NCBI GenBank assembly: GCA_017549125.1
Contig: JAFYVL010000025.1
Location: 37,025-101,024 of the forward strand
Source: Oscillospiraceae bacterium
GTDB taxonomy: Bacteria; Bacillota; Clostridia; Oscillospirales; Oscillospiraceae
Direction: 5' to 3'
Length of the DNA stretch: 64,000 bases
Positions 28,370 through 39,217 of the stretch are shown here, one piece after another; position 1 is the stretch's first letter, and the number at the start of each line of letters is the position of its first letter. The notes beneath the pieces are model-generated. The model was not told the origin of the DNA and did no database searches. It saw nothing but the letters and a program-made list of their open reading frames with translations. Made by a program: the position numbers and the translations under genes.

Positions 28370-30376
28370 TTAAATAATTCCCCATTCTTTCAGCAAATCG
28401 GTTATACTACCACCCAACTCTTTTTGCAGACCCAGATTTGCCAGCATTTGATCGTGATAGAATTGCTCCTTCGCCAGAGCAATATCCGCCTCAGTCATAT
28501 TGGGTTGGTAGAGCATAAGCAACAGATAGTTATAAGCAATTCGCTCTGTTGATATGTTCTTTACATACATGTTGTACTTGGTCAAGTCCTCTGTCTTCAG
28601 GTATTCCACTTCCTCCAGAGCCTTGCTGATGGATGCCGTCCAGGTCTGCAAAAGCTGTCTGTTCCACAGCTTGGTGTCCAGAACCGCATAGAAAATGGAT
28701 CTTGATCCACTATAGCCCAGTACATCGCTTTGATAGTTGGCATAGGTCTTCCACTGATAGAAGGTCTCCTTCATGGTATCAGCCGCCGGGCCAAAATAGT
28801 TTTCCATGAATTTGTCGATGAGCTCATTTATATCCTGATCCACATTCCAGGTCAGCTTGGAATACAGATAGATCTTCAGCCAGGACCAACCGGTGGCAGA
28901 GCCCGTTTGTCGGGACTGTCCCTGGTCATAGATGAAATCCACCTTGTTTTCAACTGCCAGCTTATAAATAGCCTGGGTGCTGTCAAAGGTATTGTAGGGT
29001 GTCAGATAATAGCTCATATTTGCCGAGTACATCCAGAAATAGAGCTTTTCTGACAGCACCGACCATCCCTTCATATTTTCCGCAATGGGGATGTTTACAG
29101 AGTCTTCATCGTAGAAATCCTTTGTGTAATCTCCGTTTGTCTCGCAGAAATAGGGAATCAAATGGGGATTACAGATCACACGGTCATCCACGGGGACATA
29201 AGCCTGCTGACTCTCGTCATACCGTACAGGCGGCTTATTGGTTGCGTGATACGCAAAGAACAGCACATAGAAATCCCGGTCATAGGGCTTTCCTTCCGGT
29301 GTCTGGAAATACTCCTCCACCATTTCGCACACCCGGTTCAGGAAGATCACAATGGATGCCGCCTGGGAGCCGTTGTAATAATTCATCATTTCCGTACAAG
29401 CCGGACAGGTGCACAGGGTCTGGGTGTCCTCATGGGTCATGGTGATCAGCACCTTGGTGGGATCGGATTTAAAATGCTCAATGATCACATCTGCCACGAT
29501 CCGCTGCATCTGCTCCAGCTCCTGGGCATTGCCGTGGGCGGTGTAGCACAGATTCTTTTCATCGGTAGAAAACCAATCGGTCTTGTCGGGATAATCCGCT
29601 TTGGGGATATATTTGCCGGAGTTGTGCACATTGGCACCGCCTACCGGGATGACCATATCACCAAAGTTCACCAGACGCAGACGCTGGGCTGTCACCTTAT
29701 CGCTCATAAGGAACTGGTAGTTTGTCATACGGATACCGATATCCGGCACATCCGTAATATCGTACTGCATCAGAGATACTTCTTTCACATCCCGGTCCAG
29801 CTTATAGCAATCCACGCCGAAGTAATCAAAGTCAAACAGCTGTGTCAGCAGCTCGTAGGCGCCAAACTGTGCGGCAACCTCCGTATTGCCAAGAATGAAA
29901 ATGCTGTTGTCCAGGGTCTTGATGTGGAAGCCCTGCTCTCCCAGAACTTCGGTTTCCTTTTGTACACCGGCTGCACGGGCAATCTGATTATCGCCGATCA
30001 CGATATAACAGGCATCTGCGCTGTAGGTCACATCCTCCGCGTATACCGTAGGCAGGTAAAAGCCGGTGGCTTCCAGAAAGAAATTCACAAAGTCCTTGGC
30101 GGCAGTCTCGATCCGCTCACCGCCATCGGTAGCAATGACTACGCTGTAGTTACAGCTGCCGTTTTGCAGGATGTATTTTCCGGTCTCGGACATATTGAAA
30201 ATATGTACCGTACCCTCTACGGAAAAATCATTGGTATGGGATATATCAGTATTTCCGGAGGTCTGCTGGGTCTGTTTTTCCTGGGAAGATCCGTTTGTCA
30301 ACAGCACCACAGCTGTCACCGCCGCAGCGATCAAGATCACAGCAACAGCCAAGATGATCCATATTCTTTTTTTCAT
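28370..30376 (-). CDS. Membrane-anchored DUF4838-domain putative glycoside hydrolase
   Basis: N-terminal TM; GH20/GH67-like N-domain (LGEQGFHIK...FGAYELL), CTCPAC, FFAYH, LYSKLTWNV, YFGPAA. Confidence 0.7.
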   Translation of the reverse strand: MKKRIWIILAVAVILIAAAVTAVVLLTNGSSQEKQTQQTSGNTDISHTNDFSVEGTVHIFNMSETGKYILQNGSCNYSVVIATDGGERIETAAKDFVNFFLEATGFYLPTVYAEDVTYSADACYIVIGDNQIARAAGVQKETEVLGEQGFHIKTLDNSIFILGNTEVAAQFGAYELLTQLFDFDYFGVDCYKLDRDVKEVSLMQYDITDVPDIGIRMTNYQFLMSDKVTAQRLRLVNFGDMVIPVGGANVHNSGKYIPKADYPDKTDWFSTDEKNLCYTAHGNAQELEQMQRIVADVIIEHFKSDPTKVLITMTHEDTQTLCTCPACTEMMNYYNGSQAASIVIFLNRVCEMVEEYFQTPEGKPYDRDFYVLFFAYHATNKPPVRYDESQQAYVPVDDRVICNPHLIPYFCETNGDYTKDFYDEDSVNIPIAENMKGWSVLSEKLYFWMYSANMSYYLTPYNTFDSTQAIYKLAVENKVDFIYDQGQSRQTGSATGWSWLKIYLYSKLTWNVDQDINELIDKFMENYFGPAADTMKETFYQWKTYANYQSDVLGYSGSRSIFYAVLDTKLWNRQLLQTWTASISKALEEVEYLKTEDLTKYNMYVKNISTERIAYNYLLLMLYQPNMTEADIALAKEQFYHDQMLANLGLQKELGGSITDLLKEWGII

Positions 30377-30388
30377 ATGAATTCCTCC

Positions 30389-33300
30389 TTACTCCACTGT
30401 GACCTGATAGCTGGCTATGGTCATATTGCCGGCAGAGTCCATTACCATGTATTGCACGGTGTAAACACCTGCATACTCCACGGTAAAGCTGCCGGTCTGT
30501 TTCAGCCCTTCATCCAGCAGGCCATAGACCTGATCCTGGGGCGTGACCACATAGGCATAAACGATAAAGCTCTCAAGGTCTGTATCCACATTATCGGTGA
30601 TCTTGATCTGGGCAACAGGAATTTGGGTGTTGACCTTACCTGTTGTGACCGGGGGCAGGATCTGAACCTCCGGAGCCAGCACATCCGCAGAACTGATCAC
30701 ATAGCTGTAGACCAATTCGTTTCCGGAAGTATCCGTTACGGTATAATTTATGGTATAGCTGCCGTGCTGAACCAGAGGCAGTACATAGCTTTGGGCAGGA
30801 TCTGTATTGGTATCCAAAAGTACATCGTCTTTAGAGACCGCATAGGTTCCGTCCGGTGCCAAAACATGCATTTGGCATACTGCAGACGGATCCAGAACAT
30901 CCCCATAATATACCGCAGGGATCTCATACTCACTGCCGCAGGGGCGTGCACCTGCCGCGGCACTGGCAGAGATCATGGGTTTAATGTTGTCCACATAAAT
31001 ACCGGAGATCATCTGTCCGCAGATACTGAAAATATCCACGCCTGCCTGCTTCAGCCGGGTAATATCCTCCATCTCCACACGCAGGTAGGCCTTACTGCTG
31101 TTAAAGCCCTCAAAGGGGTTGCCCTGCAGGTCTGTTTCCACGGCATACATCAGCGCAGATGTACCTGTCGGCATGATCGTACAGCCTGCATCCTGGATAT
31201 TCAGAGACAAGGGGGCATCCGGGTCATTGAATACCGTGCCTGCCAAACGACTTTCCTGGCCGTCATTGATGCTGAAGTACACAGCACCGCGATCCTGACG
31301 ATAAGTAAACTTCAGCACAATGCTTTCGTCCACGGCATCTGTCAGATACAGATTGATCTTTTCAAATCCTCTGCCGGCTCCGGCAAAACGGATGGAGAAA
31401 TCAAAGGTCTGAACGGTGTTGATAAAGGTGGTGCTGCAGGCTTCCTGCTCCTCTCCCTCCGGTACAAACCGAATGGATTTGGCCTTCACCTGGGACAGCA
31501 TGCCTTCATTATCAAAATATTCGCCGATCTGATAGGTGCCGTTGTAGCCCACATCCTTTACCGGGAGCACCGCTGAGCAATACTCGGTGACCTGTCCGTT
31601 GTTTTCTGCCCGATAGATGATCTGGCAGGTTTCCCTGGCATAGGTCACAAAACGGTAGTCTGCCTTTCTTTCTGCACCGCCGTCTTCCACCACATAGATC
31701 TGGGGAATACATTGCTCTGCCTCACCGGATGCATACAACCGTGCATCGATCTGAGGCAAGGTATAAATACAGCCGTAGATCAAGGTTTTGGGCAGTACCG
31801 GCTCTTCAAAGAAGACCGGCTTATCGTTCTTTTCAATTTGCAGGGAAAATTCCGGAGTTTCCGTATAAACATAGTCACTGCAGTGATAACGCAGGGTATA
31901 GGTTCCTGCATATTCCGGGAAGAAGGACGGAGCCTGGGATGTGATGGCATACTCGGTTCCGTTTTCGCAAACAGCCACAGCGGACCACTGAACCTGTCCG
32001 CGCTGGTTTGCAAAGGCAGGAACAGGGATCTCATAGGTCTGACCGGCAACTCCCGTTTTGGGCTGAGAAACACTTACCGCAAATGCCTGGGCATCTTCCG
32101 GCTCTGCCTGTACAGAAATCTCCGCCGTTCCCACATTGCCATAGCGGTCTGCCGCCGTATATACAATGGTATACGCGCCTGCGGCAAAGGGAACAAAGCT
32201 TCCGTCCTGCACATTGAGCCGCAGCTGATTGGGCTTGCCGTAATTCAGATAAACTGCGCTGCTGACTGTCACATTACTGCTGTAGTCGTCCTTGGCAGAA
32301 GCGCCAAATACCCTATAGGGAGTCTGTGCCACAGCATTGGGAATACCGTCCTGAGGCGTTTCTACGGTGATCACAGGGGCGGTATCGTCCACAAACAGAT
32401 TGCGCTGAAACAATTCCCCATTGGCCGCCACAGAGCCATCACCCAGCTTGGTAACTGCCAGATTCAGAGCCTCGGCGTTATAGTCGCTGCCCTCGATCTG
32501 CAAAAGACATTCACCGGTGGTAAAACCGGACCAAATATCCCCACCGTAAACACGGCTGTCAGAAAGCATGGTCACCAGCTGATTATTGGCATACAGGGTG
32601 TTGGTATTCACATCAAAGCGGAAAACCAGGGTTTGGGAGCCCACCTTGCCGGGTTCGTTGTGGGGTTCCTCCAGGGATACATAGCCGGGGTTTCCGCCCA
32701 GGGCGAACACGATATTGGCACCCCAAACATCGCCTTTATGGAGGGTATACAGGGTCTCGTCGATCTCCAGAGTGCCCTTGCCCCGCTCCAAGCCTGTGGG
32801 CTGCTGATGGGCAGCATTGGCTGTGATGTAGGAGGTTCGCTCTGCCCAGGCAGCACCGGCTTGGGCAGATACACCTTTTTTAATGGTGATGGTCACGAAA
32901 TTCTCAGGATCGTAGATATCCGTAAGGGTAATATTGATCTTGCCTGTGTCATTGGAGCCAATGGCTTCAGGAATCACAAAGAATTCCAAAAAGCTTTCCT
33001 CTGACAGATCACGAAGATCGATGATCTGTGAATAGCTGAACTTGTCCGCGCTGGCAACGGATACCAGCATGGCCTGTCGGTCAATGGTGTAATTGCCATA
33101 AACAGGCTTGCCATAGCGTACATTGGATCGGGCAGAGCCCACCGCACACAATGCAGAATCCACGGTAAATTGCTCTGTCTTGGTGTACTGCTTTCCCTGG
33201 GCATCGTAAGCCACATACTCCAAAATGTACAGGCCTTCCTCCTGGGCCACAAAGCTGTCTGCAGCCTTATAGACCGCACCGAAGGGTCCGTGGATCAGTG

Positions 33301-33478
33301 CCACCGCAGTAAGCTTGGTGCCATCTGCTTCAAAAACATAGTCAGCAATGGGGATCTCCTGCCCCACCACATAGGACACTTCATTTTCTTCCGCAGCTGC
33401 CGCGCCAAATACGGCACACATGCCAAAAAGGATCATGCACAGCATCCACAGGCATATTTTTCTAAACAGTTTTGTCAT
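30389..33478 (-). CDS. Large secreted protein with Ig-like/beta-sandwich domains, function unknown
   Basis: Signal peptide; repeated DDTAPVI / GAYTIVYTAADRYGN-type modules. Confidence 0.7.
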   Translation of the reverse strand: MTKLFRKICLWMLCMILFGMCAVFGAAAAEENEVSYVVGQEIPIADYVFEADGTKLTAVALIHGPFGAVYKAADSFVAQEEGLYILEYVAYDAQGKQYTKTEQFTVDSALCAVGSARSNVRYGKPVYGNYTIDRQAMLVSVASADKFSYSQIIDLRDLSEESFLEFFVIPEAIGSNDTGKINITLTDIYDPENFVTITIKKGVSAQAGAAWAERTSYITANAAHQQPTGLERGKGTLEIDETLYTLHKGDVWGANIVFALGGNPGYVSLEEPHNEPGKVGSQTLVFRFDVNTNTLYANNQLVTMLSDSRVYGGDIWSGFTTGECLLQIEGSDYNAEALNLAVTKLGDGSVAANGELFQRNLFVDDTAPVITVETPQDGIPNAVAQTPYRVFGASAKDDYSSNVTVSSAVYLNYGKPNQLRLNVQDGSFVPFAAGAYTIVYTAADRYGNVGTAEISVQAEPEDAQAFAVSVSQPKTGVAGQTYEIPVPAFANQRGQVQWSAVAVCENGTEYAITSQAPSFFPEYAGTYTLRYHCSDYVYTETPEFSLQIEKNDKPVFFEEPVLPKTLIYGCIYTLPQIDARLYASGEAEQCIPQIYVVEDGGAERKADYRFVTYARETCQIIYRAENNGQVTEYCSAVLPVKDVGYNGTYQIGEYFDNEGMLSQVKAKSIRFVPEGEEQEACSTTFINTVQTFDFSIRFAGAGRGFEKINLYLTDAVDESIVLKFTYRQDRGAVYFSINDGQESRLAGTVFNDPDAPLSLNIQDAGCTIMPTGTSALMYAVETDLQGNPFEGFNSSKAYLRVEMEDITRLKQAGVDIFSICGQMISGIYVDNIKPMISASAAAGARPCGSEYEIPAVYYGDVLDPSAVCQMHVLAPDGTYAVSKDDVLLDTNTDPAQSYVLPLVQHGSYTINYTVTDTSGNELVYSYVISSADVLAPEVQILPPVTTGKVNTQIPVAQIKITDNVDTDLESFIVYAYVVTPQDQVYGLLDEGLKQTGSFTVEYAGVYTVQYMVMDSAGNMTIASYQVTVE

Positions 33479-33496
33479 AACTAACTCCTTGCGGCA

Positions 33497-34402
33497 TTAG
33501 CCTTTAATGCCGCCCATGGTAAGACTTCCCATCAGCTTGTCCCGGAATGTAATGAATAGTGTCATAATCGGCAGCAGAAGAATAATACATGCCGCTACCT
33601 TTCTGGGCACCCAGCTTAGTTCACCCACGGTAGAATTACCAAGGTTAAACAAGCCCACAGCCAGAGTGGGATGGCTGGGAATATAAAGCAGAGGGGTTTG
33701 ATAATCGTTCCAATAATCAATAAAACGAATCAACAGAATGGTCAGGAATGTATTTCTGACCAGCGGCAGCGTCACATGCAAAAGCGTTCTCCACTCCCCT
33801 GCGCCGTCAATATAGGCCGCATCCAGATAGGTATTGGGGAAGCTTTTAAATGCCGCGTAGTATACAAGGAAATACATGCCCAGGAAATGAAATTTCTGTA
33901 TCCAGTTGCCATACATGGTGTTGTATATCCCCAGATCCTTCAGCATTTTCATTTCCGAAGGCGCAGAACCCACAATGGGCAGCACCATAGATACGATCAC
34001 GATGCCGTAAATCACACCGTTGAACTTAAAATCTGTTTTGGCACAGACATAAGCTACCAGGCAGGGTACGATAGAAGAAATCAGCGCACCAACACCGGCA
34101 TACAGCAAGGTGTTGTTCAGCATACCCCAGAAATTTACATACTGCTGCCGACCGCCGGACATAACAATGGTCTCAAATTTCTCGAATACGATCTCAAAAT
34201 TTTCCCATGCCAGACCGAACTCCATATTGGGAAGACCCACCTTGTTGGTACGGAAATCCAGCAGATGCTTTAAGGAGGTGCTGATTCCCCATGCCAGCAA
34301 CAATGCCATCATCAGAGAATACACCAGCAAAACCGTACAGATAATGCCGTACATTGGACTGGAGGTTTTTTTCAGTTTGCGAATGGTTTGATTCTTTTTC
34401 AT
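33497..34402 (-). CDS. Carbohydrate ABC transporter permease (MalG-like)
   Basis: DAAYIDGAGE EAA loop and WNDY motif. Confidence 0.9.
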   Translation of the reverse strand: MKKNQTIRKLKKTSSPMYGIICTVLLVYSLMMALLLAWGISTSLKHLLDFRTNKVGLPNMEFGLAWENFEIVFEKFETIVMSGGRQQYVNFWGMLNNTLLYAGVGALISSIVPCLVAYVCAKTDFKFNGVIYGIVIVSMVLPIVGSAPSEMKMLKDLGIYNTMYGNWIQKFHFLGMYFLVYYAAFKSFPNTYLDAAYIDGAGEWRTLLHVTLPLVRNTFLTILLIRFIDYWNDYQTPLLYIPSHPTLAVGLFNLGNSTVGELSWVPRKVAACIILLLPIMTLFITFRDKLMGSLTMGGIKG

Positions 34403-34413
34403 ACTGCATCACC

Positions 34414-35331
34414 TCACGCTGTAGGATCAGCCTTGTTCAGGAAATGCCGCACCAGGAAGGTGATCGGCACTACCACAAGGGTGAATAACACGCCCAAGGC
34501 CGCCAGATAAGGATACTCTGACATGGCCGCACCCTTGATACCCTTATATAAGTAGTATCCCAAGGTCCACACAGAGGGATCTGCGCTGACACCAAAGAAA
34601 CTAAACAGGGACATCTGGTTGGTAAAAATACCTGCGATTCCCACAATGACAAAAGTGGAAATAGTGGGGAAAATCATGGGCAGGTCAATATACAAAAATT
34701 CCTTGAAGGGTGTTACGCCGTCCAGCAAGGCTGCCTCAGATATGGAATTATCAATGGCAGACATGGCATTGGAGAACATCATCATCTGTGTACCGAATCC
34801 GCACAGGATACAGAAGAAGATGATGGCACCATAGACCGTATCGGGGTCTACCAGTAAGCCCCACACTTCCTTACCTGTCAGGCTCTCTACCAGCGCAGGA
34901 TAGGCATCTTCTGTAAAATACTTAAACAGCAGTGCCATGGTGATGTTGGAAACAATATGGGGTATGAAGGCAACCACCCGGAACATACCGGAGAACCGAC
35001 GCTTCTTTGCCACGTAGAAGGCAAAGAAGGTGGTTGCGATCATCAGAAGAATACTGATGCCGTAATACTTTACGGAATTTAACAGCGCATTCCACAGCTG
35101 ATCGTTTTTTCCGAACTCATAAGCAATCCGCTTAAAATTCACCAAGCCGTCAAAATAAAACTCACCGGTCATGGCGTCATAGCTTTGAAATGCCATGAGG
35201 ATCGAGTTAATATTGACACCGATATAAAATATGCAGTATTGCAGTATCGGCAGGGTCACGATAGACAGATAGAATCCCAGCTTCTGTCTCCGTGCCCGTT
35301 TTTTAGTTGGTATTTTCTTAACAATTCTCAT
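34414..35331 (-). CDS. Carbohydrate ABC transporter permease (MalF-like)
   Basis: EAALLDG loop; multiple TM helices. Confidence 0.9.
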   Translation of the reverse strand: MRIVKKIPTKKRARRQKLGFYLSIVTLPILQYCIFYIGVNINSILMAFQSYDAMTGEFYFDGLVNFKRIAYEFGKNDQLWNALLNSVKYYGISILLMIATTFFAFYVAKKRRFSGMFRVVAFIPHIVSNITMALLFKYFTEDAYPALVESLTGKEVWGLLVDPDTVYGAIIFFCILCGFGTQMMMFSNAMSAIDNSISEAALLDGVTPFKEFLYIDLPMIFPTISTFVIVGIAGIFTNQMSLFSFFGVSADPSVWTLGYYLYKGIKGAAMSEYPYLAALGVLFTLVVVPITFLVRHFLNKADPTA

Positions 35332-35344
35332 AGCATTTCCAATC

Positions 35345-37027
35345 TTAGTTCTGGTTTATGTAGCGTCCGTAGGTAGCTTCCCAATCCTGCTGGGTCATAG
35401 CCATGCCCTTGAAATAGTCCACAGCGCTCTTCTGTCCGCCGCGGAAGGCAACCACCGGGAACAAATACTGGTCGCTGTTCCAATAGGACTCATAAGCGGT
35501 CAGAGTGGTTTCGTTATTGATGAACAGCACACTGCTGGACATAGGCGTAATGATAACGGACTCGTTTCGCAGTTCGATCAGATTTCTGTAGAAGCTGCTC
35601 AGATTTGCCTTTGTATCCTCGGTCAGCTCATAGTTGACACCACGGAGCATACCGGTAGACTTGGTAAAGATATTCAGGCCTTCATCGGAATAGCAGAACT
35701 TCACAAACAGCTTTGCAACTTCCAGTCTGGCGCCGGTAGACTTGGCATTGATACCGCAGTAGCAATTCATACAATCGTTGAGAACCTGGGTCTTGCCATT
35801 ACTGCTGTCCACCGTACCGCTGTATACACCGGGCATTGCCATCCAGCCAAAGTTTCTGTTCTTCGCCGCATCGCCGAAGGCAGAAATGGACAATTCAACA
35901 GAGTCCGCAGCTTCCTTTGCCCACCAAGTACCTTCGATGAGCATAGCAATAGGCTTATTCTCCAGCTTACTGAATACATAGGTCTGCTGGGCTTCCTTGT
36001 TGGACATGGTCAGCTTACCCATGCTGTCCTTGTAATAGTAATCGGACTTATTAAAAATAGTGAACAGGAATTCCAATGCTCTGTACTTTGCCTCGGTCTG
36101 TCTGAGCAGATAGCCGTTTTCTTCAGTGATGGTCATAGCCTCCACCACAGGCTGACCGTTGGTAAAGTGCGTAACGATGTTGGTGGTGGCATCCAAGCTA
36201 CCCACACCGTAGTTATAATTCAGCTTTGCGCCTTCTTCACCGGCCATAGTCTCAGACAAAGCGTACAGCAGGAACTCGGAGTAAGCATTCTGCTCACCGG
36301 ACCAAACAAAGGGTGTGATGCCCTTCTGAACCATGTAATCACAGAGCTTGAAGAATTCCTCATAGGTAGCGGGCAGACCGTCATCTGTGGTACCTACCAC
36401 ACCGTCGGGACCTGCAGAGCGCTGTTCTGTGCTGCTGAGAATAAAATCGCTGTAGGTTCTGTCTGCGGCAAAATACAGGTTGTTTTCCTCAAACAGGTCA
36501 ATATCATAGACCACACCGCGGAATGCTTCGTAGTGGGGCAGCGCATAATACTTGCCGTCACGGGCAGTCAGCGCGGCAGCCTTATTGTCGCTGAGCTTGG
36601 ATTCAATGGTCTTGCCATCGTCTCCTACTTCCTTCACCAGGTCACTAATGTCTAACAGGTTGCCCTTTGCTGCCCAGTCATTGTATCGAAGATTTTCGTT
36701 AAAAATGATGTCGTAGGTAGAATTAGGGAAGGAATCCAGCATGGATACTGCTGTCATCTTCTGCTTGTCGGGGATGATCTGCACGCCCATTTTGCCTTCC
36801 TCAAAAGAGGTATTGGCATATTTGGCTTCAAAAGCCTTAATGGTCTCATCCAGCCACTCATTGCCTACACCGCCGTTGTAGCTGAACACATACATTTGTG
36901 TCTTGTCGTTGTCCACCTCAATGGCACCGCCGCCGCTGCTGGTGCCGCAGCCGGTCAGGAATGTACACATGCTCAAAATGAAACAAACAGATAAGGTCAA
37001 TCCAATGATTCTCTTTGCAATTTTCAT
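35345..37027 (-). CDS. ABC transporter solute-binding lipoprotein
   Basis: Lipobox LTGC; GKYYALP, PATYEEFFKLCDYM, AMLIEGTWW. Confidence 0.88.
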   Translation of the reverse strand: MKIAKRIIGLTLSVCFILSMCTFLTGCGTSSGGGAIEVDNDKTQMYVFSYNGGVGNEWLDETIKAFEAKYANTSFEEGKMGVQIIPDKQKMTAVSMLDSFPNSTYDIIFNENLRYNDWAAKGNLLDISDLVKEVGDDGKTIESKLSDNKAAALTARDGKYYALPHYEAFRGVVYDIDLFEENNLYFAADRTYSDFILSSTEQRSAGPDGVVGTTDDGLPATYEEFFKLCDYMVQKGITPFVWSGEQNAYSEFLLYALSETMAGEEGAKLNYNYGVGSLDATTNIVTHFTNGQPVVEAMTITEENGYLLRQTEAKYRALEFLFTIFNKSDYYYKDSMGKLTMSNKEAQQTYVFSKLENKPIAMLIEGTWWAKEAADSVELSISAFGDAAKNRNFGWMAMPGVYSGTVDSSNGKTQVLNDCMNCYCGINAKSTGARLEVAKLFVKFCYSDEGLNIFTKSTGMLRGVNYELTEDTKANLSSFYRNLIELRNESVIITPMSSSVLFINNETTLTAYESYWNSDQYLFPVVAFRGGQKSAVDYFKGMAMTQQDWEATYGRYINQN

Positions 37028-37042
37028 TTTTATGCTCCTTTT

Positions 37043-38044
37043 TTAAATAGGTTCAATTTCTTCACTTTTACCCTGAGATCGTCCTGCCGCCAACACAATC
37101 CTGACTGCCTTGGAAGCCTCTATATGATCCACAGGGAATTTTTCACCGGTTTCCACACATTCATAATAGTGCTTGATCAGATTGTAGTGACCGATACCCC
37201 AATAGCTTTTGCCATCGATATCCACATTTTCCATATTCACTACAACAAATTCGTTATTTTTCAGCAGCTGCTTGGCATGGAACTCATAGTTGCCGCTGCC
37301 GGTCTTTACATTCATGACGCCGGTAAAGTTGGCAACCGCAGAATTGGTTGCATACAGCTGAGATACCACACCGTCTCCGTAATCGAAGAACAGCTCTGCC
37401 GTATCCTCCGCCTCAATGCAGTCTGCCAGGGTGTGGGTTGCCAGGTTGGCAACGATCCGCTTGGGCATACCCCCAAACCAGATCAATTGGTCAATACAAT
37501 GGATGGCCTGGTTAATGAGCAGCGCACCGCCCTCCGTGGCGAACTTTCCCCGCCAGTCACCGGAACGGTAGTAGGCTGCATCCTTATGCCATGCCTGGAA
37601 AGCAGCCGCACCGCAGAAGCCTTCCTCTGCAATCCGTTGTTTTACATATTGATTATTGGCAATGTAGCGGTGCTGGAAGCATACACCCAGCATAGCCTTG
37701 GACTTTTTTACCGCTGCATCAATAATCTCAAATTCCTCAGGCTTAATATAAAGGGGTTTTTCACACAGACAATGGATACCCCGACCCAGGATCTCCACGA
37801 TCATTTCCGTGTGCAGATAGTGGGGGGTCAAAATATGGGCCACATCCGGCTTTTCCGCATCCAGCATCTGCCGGTAATCCGTATAGATCCGTGCATCCAG
37901 ACCAAACCGCCGGCAATGGTTTTCCGCTTTCTCCGGGTCTATATCGCATACTGCCGCGATATTGCGACCCAGGCGTTTCATCACATCCGTATGAGCCACA
38001 GCAATGGCACCGCAGCCGATCAATACCGATTTCAGTTCCTTCAC
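37043..38044 (-). CDS. Gfo/Idh/MocA-family oxidoreductase
   Basis: IGCGAIA, CEKP, EGGALLINQAIHCID. Confidence 0.9.
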   Translation of the reverse strand: MKELKSVLIGCGAIAVAHTDVMKRLGRNIAAVCDIDPEKAENHCRRFGLDARIYTDYRQMLDAEKPDVAHILTPHYLHTEMIVEILGRGIHCLCEKPLYIKPEEFEIIDAAVKKSKAMLGVCFQHRYIANNQYVKQRIAEEGFCGAAAFQAWHKDAAYYRSGDWRGKFATEGGALLINQAIHCIDQLIWFGGMPKRIVANLATHTLADCIEAEDTAELFFDYGDGVVSQLYATNSAVANFTGVMNVKTGSGNYEFHAKQLLKNNEFVVVNMENVDIDGKSYWGIGHYNLIKHYYECVETGEKFPVDHIEASKAVRIVLAAGRSQGKSEEIEPI

Positions 38045-38046
38045 GG

Positions 38047-39213
38047 TTATTTCACCTTCTCTCCTTTGAGATAGATGGATGTAACATCAATGTTTTCATT
38101 AAAAAGTATCAGATCTGCGTCATATCCCTCTGCGATCCTGCCTTTTTTCAGCTTAGGTGCCACAAAGGATATGGGCGTTTGGGTCATCATCTGTACCGCC
38201 AGGGGCAGAGGCGTTCCGGCCTGCACCATAGTGCACACCAACCGGTCTGTGGTGGCAATACTGCCGCCAAAGGCTTGACGATCCAGTAGCTTTGCCACAC
38301 CGTCCTCGATGATCACCGGCTGGGGACAATCCGCACTGCCTAAATAAGATTCCGTTACATTTTGCCCTGCCGCACGCATGGCATCTGTAATTAACGCTAC
38401 AGTTTCCGGCTTTTTAAACTTGGTCACGAACTGCAGCAGAGAATTGGGCAGATGACAGCCGTCCGCAATGATCTCCACCCACAGGTCGTCCATCAGATAT
38501 GCCGCCTCCACAATGCCCGCATGGCGGAAGCCCCCAATGCGCTTAATGGAGGAACAAGCACTGTACAGATGGGTGACCATGGAGTAGCCATTGTCAAAGG
38601 CACGGCTGACCGTGTCATAGTCCGCATCGGAGTGACCTATGGACATGACCACGCCCTGTTTTGCCATATTCTTACCAAATTCTATGGCACCTTCCAGTTC
38701 CGGAGCGGCTGTCCAGCGGATAATACCGCCCTGAGAAGCCTCCCACAGCTGCATATATTCCTTTTCACAGGGGGGCTTGAGCTGCTCCGGACGCATGGCA
38801 CCTGCCATAGCAGGATTCAGATAGGGTCCTTCCAAATGCAGTCCCAACAGGTTACAACGGATGGACATATCCTTCTTGGCTTCCATAAACTGCTCCACCG
38901 CAAACAGGGTCTGGGAAAGATCCGCAGAGATGGTAGTGGGCACAATGGAAGTGGTGCCGTGCTGCAAATGGCTTTCACAGGCAGCCCCATAGGCACTTGC
39001 GCCGTCCATAAAATCTGCACCGCCACCGCCGTGGACATGAATGTCCACAAAGCCTGCAGACAGATATTGACCTTTACCGTCCACCTGCACACCCTCCATG
39101 GGCATATGTGCCGGCACCACAGCCGCGATCTTACCGTCCTTCAGGCCTACCTGATATCCTTCCAGAACCTTGCCGTCTGTAACGATCTTTACATTTTTAA
39201 TAACGGTATCCAT
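38047..39213 (-). CDS. nagA: N-acetylglucosamine-6-phosphate deacetylase
   Basis: DIHVHGGGG, HLEGPY, SIGHSDA, THLYSA, ADGCH, ITDAM. Confidence 0.92.
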   Translation of the reverse strand: MDTVIKNVKIVTDGKVLEGYQVGLKDGKIAAVVPAHMPMEGVQVDGKGQYLSAGFVDIHVHGGGGADFMDGASAYGAACESHLQHGTTSIVPTTISADLSQTLFAVEQFMEAKKDMSIRCNLLGLHLEGPYLNPAMAGAMRPEQLKPPCEKEYMQLWEASQGGIIRWTAAPELEGAIEFGKNMAKQGVVMSIGHSDADYDTVSRAFDNGYSMVTHLYSACSSIKRIGGFRHAGIVEAAYLMDDLWVEIIADGCHLPNSLLQFVTKFKKPETVALITDAMRAAGQNVTESYLGSADCPQPVIIEDGVAKLLDRQAFGGSIATTDRLVCTMVQAGTPLPLAVQMMTQTPISFVAPKLKKGRIAEGYDADLILFNENIDVTSIYLKGEKVK

Positions 39214-39217
39214 AACA

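Noticed and set aside
11819-33004. Long + strand ORFs (e.g. 11819-13408, 15022-16926, 19942-21651, 21730-24819, 29162-31576, 31712-33004)
   Set aside because: They are antisense shadows of well-supported minus-strand genes and show no recognisable protein motifs.
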